A stretch of 30,562 bases of DNA from a bacterium (GTDB taxonomy: Bacteria > Bacillota > Clostridia > Oscillospirales > Acutalibacteraceae). Location of the stretch: assembly GCA_963657025.1 (NCBI GenBank), contig CAVKLS010000001.1:2529-33090 (forward strand), in the 5' to 3' direction. The stretch's first letter is position 1. The number at the start of each line of letters is the position of its first letter. Positions 24,701-30,562 of the stretch are shown here, piece by piece. The notes beneath the pieces were generated by a model. The model was not told where the DNA came from. It saw only the letters and a list, made by a program, of their open reading frames with translations, and made no database searches. The position numbers were made by a program, and so were the translations under genes.

Positions 24701-26690
24701 CGTTGAGAGCATTTTTTCTGCAACCAACTTTAAGACCGCGGCAAGTGCATTAAGCACAGCGTTCAAGGGTGTTTTAGGCGGACTCAGAACGGCACTAACG
24801 GAGCTCAATAACTCCAATTACTTCAGTGAAATCGGTTCTACAATCGCAGAAATGCTTGTTGGGGCATTTAGCGACGGAGGTTTGTTTAACGAAGCTTCAA
24901 AGGCAATCGGAACAGCTTTAACATCTTCCTTGCAATTGCTTGACGGTTTCCTTGCTTCAATGAACGCAGTCGATTACAGCTCAGGCTTGACAGGCTGGCA
25001 ACAGTTCGGACGAGGCATAGCAAATGCGTTTAATAACATCTTTACGGATGATAATGTAAATTCAATAGTCGGCAGTCTTGACGGAATGGCAACGGGCATT
25101 GTCTCGGCACTCGAGGAGTCTCTCGGTAACGAGGATGTACAGAGAAAAATCAGAACTGTTATAACATCGGTTACTGACGGAATCGCAAAGGTTATTAAGT
25201 CTGACGAGGTTCAGGGCGTACTCAAAGAAGCATGGGGAACGGTTCTCACAACTCTGACAGATATGATTACAGAGCAAAGCCCTATTATCGAATGGGTATA
25301 CAAAGTTGTCAACGGGGCTAAACTTAACTGGTCAATACTGGGTGCAACTTTTGGAACAATGGGTGACGGTATTGAGAGTTGGTTCACGGGCGGTGACAGC
25401 ACCTCTGATACAATTGACACTTCTTCCGATGGACAAACTGTCAAAACCAACACAGTTATGTCTCTTTCCGAAATCAAAACGCAGAGAGAAGCAATGAAGA
25501 AAGCGTACTCGAACGCTTTGTCCGCTTACAATGCTTTAACAACTAATCCGTTTGCGGCGGGAACAGGCTTTACAACAAAAAAGACTACCACCTCAACACC
25601 GACTGCTTCAACAGGAAGTGTAACAAGCTCATTACCGAGCGGAACACTGTCGATAGCCGCTGAAATTCAGCCTGGCGCAGGAACGGCGATTATCAAGAAA
25701 CTTCAGAGTGCAATAACAGGGCAGTCTGTCACGGTTGAAACCTCAAACACCGACGCTAAGTCAACAGGCTTAACAATCCACAACACTTTACAAAAGACCG
25801 CTTCAAAGAATGCAATAGGCTTTGCGAGCGTGAACACAACAAAGGGCTCAGACTTTTTAAGTCAGTTGCAGAGCAACATTAAGGCAGCTAAGAAGGCTGT
25901 TTCAATAGGTTCACAGTCAGACGGCGACGCATACGGCTATATTAACTCCTTGCAGAAGTATGTAACACAGGCTAACAACGCTAACTATAAACCGCTGGTT
26001 GGAGCGAAATCTAACGGAGATGGATACGGATATATTAACTCTTTGAATAGCGACATAAAGGCGATTAACAGCAATTACAAGCCGCAAGTTGGGGCAATGT
26101 CTAATGGTGACGGCAAGGGTTATATCAATTCTCTAGACAGTGATATCAAGGCTGTTAATAGTAATTATAAACCACGGGTTGGTGCAAGGTCTAACGAGGA
26201 CGGATGGAGCTATATTACTTCTTTGCAAGCCGATATCAACAGCACGGGTTGGAAGGTCGAAATCCCCGCTAAAGTCACAGGCTTGGCGGCGTCAATCAAG
26301 AACGAGCTTGAAAGTCAGGTCGCTAAATTTTCTTTCACGAACAAGAGTGGTCAAACAATCACGAACTGGGCAGCAATTAATCTATCGGTTCAAGGTAGGG
26401 CGAGCGGCGGTTATGTTACCGAAGGTCAGATGTTCGTCGCACGAGAGGCAGGTCCTGAGTTGGTCGGTACAATCGGCAGACGAACAGCTGTTGTCAACAA
26501 CGAACAGATTGTTGCTTCCGTTGCACGAGGTGTTGAGAGTGCCAACGCAGAAGAGGCGGCTTTACTCAGAGAGCAGAACAGACTTTTAAGGGCAATTCTT
26601 GCAAAGGACAGTACGGTCACAGTCTCAACTTCACAGATTGTAAACGGACTAAACAGAGCAAGCAGAAGAACAGGAACAGCAACTATTTAA
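21774..26690 (+). CDS. Tape measure protein (1638 aa)
   Basis: Very long Ala/Ser/Gly-rich helical protein with periodic aromatic repeats; C-terminal ASGG...AREAGPELV; position. Confidence 0.95.
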   Translation: MSINIDELSVKISSDADKASSGLDSLVGSLEKLKSGVNGVRKLSNTAKQIEAIATAVNKISGGTGAKITELANGLKALSSVGSIGNISSSLNKIADAVGTLENKDVSSLTRLSTSLQSLSGLSLPNLSSVGNGLKSIQTAVDSLGTASDSKLEQTSNAIKKIAEASKSFSGISSSGFSSVARTLKSIPELTSNLNDDNVNAFADACKRVADAVSPLTSKLNSVSPAVATLMLKLSSATNTENTTTRATNLLEDAVASLKAELLAIVPGFGTVLSVAKTITETFQKVIRAVKNVINTIKNIWNTVKNVFNKIKEVIGKIGSVIGKIGSVFYQAFAGIASATKTVVSTIYEKVSSLFKGFGSTSGLITNFTDLYNAVQSVYSVVTTLQSTLGGFVNKSADYEELLNMYAVAMGNAAEAGVEYAQVIQDALGINAADWMENEAIFMNIVHGYGVASDRAAVISQQLTQIGYDLSSIWNEDVSTAMEKLQSGIAGEIEPLRRWGVDLSQARLEQEALTLGINESVSSMTQAEKAQLRYIAIFNQVSEQGVLGDMAKTINSSANQMRVFAAQIELVGRSIGNVLIPIINQVLPYVTALVKAIRMVVDTIAGFFGYTLPTVGDYSISSSIGDTIGDLTDDTQGLADATGSAAESAEEYKNTILGIDELNVLNDTTSSGSGGSGGGSSGSGGSGSGWDFDIPTYDFLEKLLDAGTDNILKNLTKLDEFNWVGLRTKIHTAMVAIAKSFNKVVEEVPWETIGNFGAEAFNTFNQALNTFWYETNKLGSDGLTTWQRLGRNISKGVKKFVNAVDWTAVGMRFKYKMHSVLDMLSEAVTEFSKKGSNGISGFEAVGVAIADYLEAAFSSDKQGKSIFKKAATALSTTIKGIAESTYTAINELNNSLDRNGRNWFQRTGESLGEALASVFSDTQLFSKATKALTSLIGDDKNGLLGGISSAVNAMSKKDSVTGLSSWEALGQNVAKGVESIFSATNFKTAASALSTAFKGVLGGLRTALTELNNSNYFSEIGSTIAEMLVGAFSDGGLFNEASKAIGTALTSSLQLLDGFLASMNAVDYSSGLTGWQQFGRGIANAFNNIFTDDNVNSIVGSLDGMATGIVSALEESLGNEDVQRKIRTVITSVTDGIAKVIKSDEVQGVLKEAWGTVLTTLTDMITEQSPIIEWVYKVVNGAKLNWSILGATFGTMGDGIESWFTGGDSTSDTIDTSSDGQTVKTNTVMSLSEIKTQREAMKKAYSNALSAYNALTTNPFAAGTGFTTKKTTTSTPTASTGSVTSSLPSGTLSIAAEIQPGAGTAIIKKLQSAITGQSVTVETSNTDAKSTGLTIHNTLQKTASKNAIGFASVNTTKGSDFLSQLQSNIKAAKKAVSIGSQSDGDAYGYINSLQKYVTQANNANYKPLVGAKSNGDGYGYINSLNSDIKAINSNYKPQVGAMSNGDGKGYINSLDSDIKAVNSNYKPRVGARSNEDGWSYITSLQADINSTGWKVEIPAKVTGLAASIKNELESQVAKFSFTNKSGQTITNWAAINLSVQGRASGGYVTEGQMFVAREAGPELVGTIGRRTAVVNNEQIVASVARGVESANAEEAALLREQNRLLRAILAKDSTVTVSTSQIVNGLNRASRRTGTATI
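25908..26240 (+). repeat. 90-nt (30-aa) tandem repeats in TMP C-terminal region
   Basis: Units start 25983, 26073, 26163 (NYKPxVGAxSNxDG..YI.SL), plus an upstream partial unit. Confidence 0.9.
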
Positions 26691-26728
26691 CGGTGTGCGG
26701 TGTGCTTTAGGGTGCACCGCAAATGCCG
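26691..26728 (+). other. Intergenic stem-loop without U-tract
   Basis: TGCGGTGTGC / GTGCACCGCA stem with G:U pairs between TMP stop and next RBS. Confidence 0.55.
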
Positions 26729-26743
26729 ATAAAGGAGATTAGA

Positions 26744-27187
26744 ATGTCAGTTAGAATTGACGACAGCGAAAATAATCCGCTTCCGTATATAGCGTTTTAT
26801 AACTCTACAACGGGGGCTTGGGACGATAAAGTGCCTATGTATGTGCCACACACATACAGCGAGACACTCGAAGATATATCCGAAAGTTCGGCAGGACGAA
26901 CAGAGGACGGAACGCTTTACAAGAAGACAATAGCAAGAGGCGTTAATGTCAGAAGCTTGTCTTTAGGTTGGAAGAACATACCACTTAATGTAGCGGCGTA
27001 CATTCTGAAAACATTCACGAGCGCAGAGTATTTCAAGCCGAAATTCTTTGATATGGCAACAAACGCATTTGTGACGGACAAGGAATTTTATGTAGGCAAC
27101 AGAACGGTCGGAATGTACAACTTCAACAAGCAAATATGCGAAAGCTTGTCTTTTAACATCATACAGAGAATAGGAGACAGTTATTAA
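26744..27187 (+). CDS. Putative distal tail / tail-tip protein
   Basis: First gene after TMP; SAGRTEDG and FYVGNRT motifs; AAGGAG RBS favours ATG 26744. Confidence 0.65.
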   Translation: MSVRIDDSENNPLPYIAFYNSTTGAWDDKVPMYVPHTYSETLEDISESSAGRTEDGTLYKKTIARGVNVRSLSLGWKNIPLNVAAYILKTFTSAEYFKPKFFDMATNAFVTDKEFYVGNRTVGMYNFNKQICESLSFNIIQRIGDSY

Positions 27188-29370
27188 TGTTAGTTTGTTC
27201 GACAAAAGCGAAAGCGGCAATATTAAAAGGCGGCAGTTCGGCGCATCAGTATCCGACTGTTAACATCACAGTTTATCCAGATGATGAAGATAAGAGAAAT
27301 ACGGTTACTGTTCAAGAGTCTGACATCGTACAGGGCGGTATGATAATAGACCGTTCTTGCGTGAGCGGTAATGCAATGGAGCTTGGTTCAACGGTTGCAA
27401 GTGAGTTGACGCTTAAAATCGATAACACAAGCGGAAAATTCAGCGGCTTGTCTTGGGCGGGTGCTTATGTTTATCCCGCTATCGGAATGATACTTGATGA
27501 CGGCACGACTGAAAGCATAGATTTAGGCGTGTTTATGGTTGACGAAACAAGCTACAGCGGAAAGATAATCACGCTTACTTGTCTTGACAGAATGACTTGG
27601 TTTGACAAGACTGTACCGAGTTACAGCGACGATACAGTCATTGATTGGACAATGGCTGAATTTGTAAAGCAGATATGCCGTGAGTGCAGTGTAGATTATT
27701 CGGCAAACATTGATGAGTATTTCCCATATCGTCCAAATGCAAGCTATGCCAATTTTCGTTACTGGCTCAGCGACAAAAGTTCAAATCCGTCAGGAAACAC
27801 CTACAGAAATCTTCTGCACCAAATAGGAGTAATCACAGGGGTTAACTGGCATATGAACCAACAGGGCAAGCTTGACTACCGCCGCCTTCCGTATGTTACG
27901 GAAACTTGGGCAACTAACTACATAAGACCGAGTATGAGATGGTCAAGCACTCGAGAAACAAAGCCTGTTATCATCCAAAGTGCAAAATACACTTACAACG
28001 GCAAGGAGTATGTTATTAAATACAAATCAGGTCAGACAAGACTCGATTTAGGTACTTTTACGCTTTTGAGGTCGTCCAATAAAGTGTCGGTTGTACAAGG
28101 ATATTTCAACAGACTTAAGAACGGAATGAAGATTTTCACAGCGGATGCATCCCTTACTTACTATCCGTTCACAGCGTCTTGCGTACCGATGTTTTGGTAT
28201 ATGCCTATGGACCAGGTGCGATTTGTTAACGAAAACGGCAAGGAATACAATTCTATCATAACTTCTTGCACTTATACGGTCAACGGTACAATGGAATTAC
28301 AGAGCGTGGGAGAAGCGGCTTATAAAGACGGTTACGCAACCAAATACCGTTGGAAAGGAGCGTCGGACAGGGACGCTGAAGTCGGCTCATATCTTACAAG
28401 TTCGGTTTATACGAATTTATCTAAAATTCATTCCAATTTGAACGGTTTACACGCTGGCACGATAAGTGGCGAAATGATGTTGTGGGTGGAAAGCAATTTT
28501 GAAACAACAAGTGCTTCCGCAGTGTCCACGGCTTCCGAAGAGAACGCAATTATGCTTGCCGATACGACAGACGATGAGATAACAATCGACACAGAAGATA
28601 CCATAGAAGCGGCGGATAACGATACCGAAGACGAAGAAGAGGAAGAAGTAATTGAAGTTCCCGCCGAGGGCACTTCCGTGTGGAGAGTGGACGAAGACGG
28701 CACCGTTTGGTGCACAAGCGACTGGCAAGGCGATATTGAAAGCTCAACTTGGACGAGCGGAGTGGATGCCGCAAGCGATTTGTATGTTAAAAATCTTTTT
28801 GCGAAAACCATAACGGCGAGCGGAGAAATCAAGTATCAGAGTGACGACGGAACGGCAATCACCGTAATTAACAGCGGTGGTATTGCAACAAAAAGCGGAA
28901 ACAAAGACATTTATATTCAGAACGGCTTGGTTGAAGCAAACGCAGTCAGAGCGAGTGAGTTTTACGGAGTCGGCGGGAAGCTTGTACAGCTTATCCATAA
29001 CAGCACGACAACTACAGCAAGCGTTACTTCGAACTCTTGGAATAAGGTTTTGACAACAGATACTTTATCCCCGGGTTATTACACTGGCTCAGTTTGCTGT
29101 ACTTTTGCGAAAAGTTCGGCTAAGTCTTTGAGAGTCGGAGTCACAGCTACATCTTCTTCACCGACAAGCTCCGACTTCATTCAGGACGGAGTGGCGAACA
29201 CTCTTTGCACTGATTGTATCAATCTTCCTGTTACCTTTGCTATTACAACTGCGAGACCTATGTACATATGGGCGAGACAAACATCGGGAGCGAATTTAGA
29301 TGTCACTGTTACATATAATTTAACTTATATCACACAGACTCCAACAATTGGGGAGGTGGCGCAAGGATGA
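27187..29370 (+). CDS. Tail-tip/baseplate hub (Tal-like) protein with beta-rich C-terminal domain
   Basis: ELGSTVASELTL, LGVFMVD, TCLDRM motifs; position; acidic linker. Confidence 0.7.
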   Translation: MLVCSTKAKAAILKGGSSAHQYPTVNITVYPDDEDKRNTVTVQESDIVQGGMIIDRSCVSGNAMELGSTVASELTLKIDNTSGKFSGLSWAGAYVYPAIGMILDDGTTESIDLGVFMVDETSYSGKIITLTCLDRMTWFDKTVPSYSDDTVIDWTMAEFVKQICRECSVDYSANIDEYFPYRPNASYANFRYWLSDKSSNPSGNTYRNLLHQIGVITGVNWHMNQQGKLDYRRLPYVTETWATNYIRPSMRWSSTRETKPVIIQSAKYTYNGKEYVIKYKSGQTRLDLGTFTLLRSSNKVSVVQGYFNRLKNGMKIFTADASLTYYPFTASCVPMFWYMPMDQVRFVNENGKEYNSIITSCTYTVNGTMELQSVGEAAYKDGYATKYRWKGASDRDAEVGSYLTSSVYTNLSKIHSNLNGLHAGTISGEMMLWVESNFETTSASAVSTASEENAIMLADTTDDEITIDTEDTIEAADNDTEDEEEEEVIEVPAEGTSVWRVDEDGTVWCTSDWQGDIESSTWTSGVDAASDLYVKNLFAKTITASGEIKYQSDDGTAITVINSGGIATKSGNKDIYIQNGLVEANAVRASEFYGVGGKLVQLIHNSTTTTASVTSNSWNKVLTTDTLSPGYYTGSVCCTFAKSSAKSLRVGVTATSSSPTSSDFIQDGVANTLCTDCINLPVTFAITTARPMYIWARQTSGANLDVTVTYNLTYITQTPTIGEVAQG

Positions 29371-29699
29371 TTGAAATACTTCCCTACATCGGCATTCCCT
29401 CAATTCTATCGGCAATCGTACTCGGCTTGATGAAAGCTTTGCACAAATATTGCAAGCAGCATTTCGCAATCGCTCAGGTTGAGAACGAAGCACTGAAAAA
29501 CGGAATGCAAGCACTTTTGAGGGACAGACTATTAAGGAATTACCGTGAGTTTGTGGAGCGTGGACACGCTTATCCCGAAGAAAAAGAGAACTGGAAGCTT
29601 CTCTATGACCAGTATCACGCTTTGGGCGGTAACGGTGTTATCACTTCAATATATGCGAAAGTTCTTAACATTCCCGAATACAAAGAGAAAGGAGACTAA
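29367..29699 (+). CDS. Holin-like single-TM protein
   Basis: N-terminal TM segment, GMQALLRDRL...YHALGGNG motif seen in phage proteins commonly labelled holin. Confidence 0.55.
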   Translation: MIEILPYIGIPSILSAIVLGLMKALHKYCKQHFAIAQVENEALKNGMQALLRDRLLRNYREFVERGHAYPEEKENWKLLYDQYHALGGNGVITSIYAKVLNIPEYKEKGD

Positions 29700-29702
29700 C
29701 CA

Positions 29703-30562
29703 ATGATTATTGATGTTATCGGTCAGAAGCTGATTTTAGACGACAAGCAGACGATTATATCTAAGTCACAGGAGTTTGTTGAGTTTGAATTTAATCTGTC
29801 GGACGAGTGGAAAGAGTTACTTGTTTTCGCTCAGTTCCGACAGGGTGATGAGAGCTACAACATTTATCTTGACGAGAATAACAAGTGTTTTCTTCCGTCT
29901 GAAATCAAAGACGGCTCAATGCTTTTGACTCTCTGCGGCTCTAAGGATGATATTTTTGCAACGACTTCAAGTCTTGGCTTTGTTGTCCGCAAGTGCGGTT
30001 TAGCCGAGGACGGCAAGAGTACCGTCATATCCCAAACCCTTTACGAACAGCTTGTAAACCGTATCGAGTGGGGCGATGCACTGGGCATTGACCGCATAGA
30101 GCAGACGGAAAAGAGCGAAGAGGACGAGGGCGAGAATGTAATCACGGTCTACTTCACGGACGAAACCGAGAAAAGCTTCACCATTCGCAACGGCTCAAAA
30201 GGTCTCAAGGGAGACAAAGGAGAACAGGGCGAAAAGGGCGAGCAAGGCATTCAGGGCGTTCAGGGTGAAAAAGGTGACAAAGGTGAAAAAGGCGATAAAG
30301 GAGACACTGGAGCTCAGGGCTTGCAAGGAGAAAAGGGTCAAGACGGAAAAGACGGTGCTGACGGATACTCACCTACAGTAAGCATTAGTAAAGTTGATAA
30401 GACAACCACAGTCACCATTACCGATAAAGAGGGCACTAAAACAGCAACCATTAATGACGGTTCTGACGGTGTTAAAGGCGATAAGGGCGACACTGGCGAG
30501 AAAGGCTCAGACGGTTATTCCCCTACGGTCGCAGTCTCTAAGTCAGACGGCGTTACAACCGT
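29703..30562 (+). CDS. Collagen-repeat tail fibre / baseplate-upper-like protein (3'-truncated; not in ORF track)
   Basis: AAGGAG RBS, MIIDVIGQKL...FEFNLSDEW; about 19 consecutive G-X-Y triplets 30192-30362; repeated DGYSPTV motif; no stop before window end. Confidence 0.88.
   Translation, partial: MIIDVIGQKLILDDKQTIISKSQEFVEFEFNLSDEWKELLVFAQFRQGDESYNIYLDENNKCFLPSEIKDGSMLLTLCGSKDDIFATTSSLGFVVRKCGLAEDGKSTVISQTLYEQLVNRIEWGDALGIDRIEQTEKSEEDEGENVITVYFTDETEKSFTIRNGSKGLKGDKGEQGEKGEQGIQGVQGEKGDKGEKGDKGDTGAQGLQGEKGQDGKDGADGYSPTVSISKVDKTTTVTITDKEGTKTATINDGSDGVKGDKGDTGEKGSDGYSPTVAVSKSDGVTT

Larger units (their letters stand above)
1..30562. mobile_element. Tailed dsDNA phage (siphovirus-like) genome segment; no host genes or att sites seen
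   Basis: Co-oriented replication, packaging, head, neck, tail, tape measure and fibre genes in canonical order; both window ends cut through phage genes. Confidence 0.96.

Noticed and set aside
21542..28998. Long antisense and alternate-frame ORFs (e.g. 21542..22183, 22184..22723, 26140..26589, 28428..28832)
   Set aside because: Shadows of well-supported plus-strand genes; no RBS or recognisable motifs.
25908..30562. Diversity-generating retroelement TR/VR pair
   Set aside because: No reverse transcriptase in window; repeat differences are mostly synonymous and not adenine-specific.
1..30562. tRNA/rRNA genes, introns, inteins, stop-codon reassignment
   Set aside because: None recognised by eye; genes tile densely in the standard code and end in TAA, TGA and TAG. 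A tRNAscan/Infernal run would be needed to exclude RNA genes.

Overview
The whole window is a segment of a tailed (siphovirus-type) phage genome, probably of a low-GC Gram-positive (Bacillota) host, judging by consensus sigma-A promoters and strong GGAGG ribosome-binding sites. Nearly all genes are on the + strand. Order: replication/recombination module (family-B DNA polymerase split into two ORFs, with the catalytic half fused in frame to an ERF-family annealing protein; YqaJ exonuclease; SSB; a chain of small coupled genes; Prim-Pol primase; D5/P4-type helicase), a large inverted repeat that is the best origin candidate, terS, a 2.9-kb promoter-rich accessory island (two HTH regulators, two micro-ORFs missing from the ORF track, a serine resolvase), terL, SPP1-like head genes, neck/tail genes with a -1 frameshifted tail chaperone, a 1638-aa tape measure, tail-tip genes, a holin-like gene and a truncated collagen-repeat fibre. 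Most notable: (1) the split PolB / PolB-ERF fusion with an internal start; (2) a promoter-to-terminator small RNA before the portal gene that is complementary in two blocks to the translation start of the gene at 3950; (3) two diverged ~120-bp elements in inverted orientation flanking the origin candidate; (4) three covarying mini-hairpins in the scaffold leader. All calls come from reading the sequence by eye; no database searches or folding programs were run.
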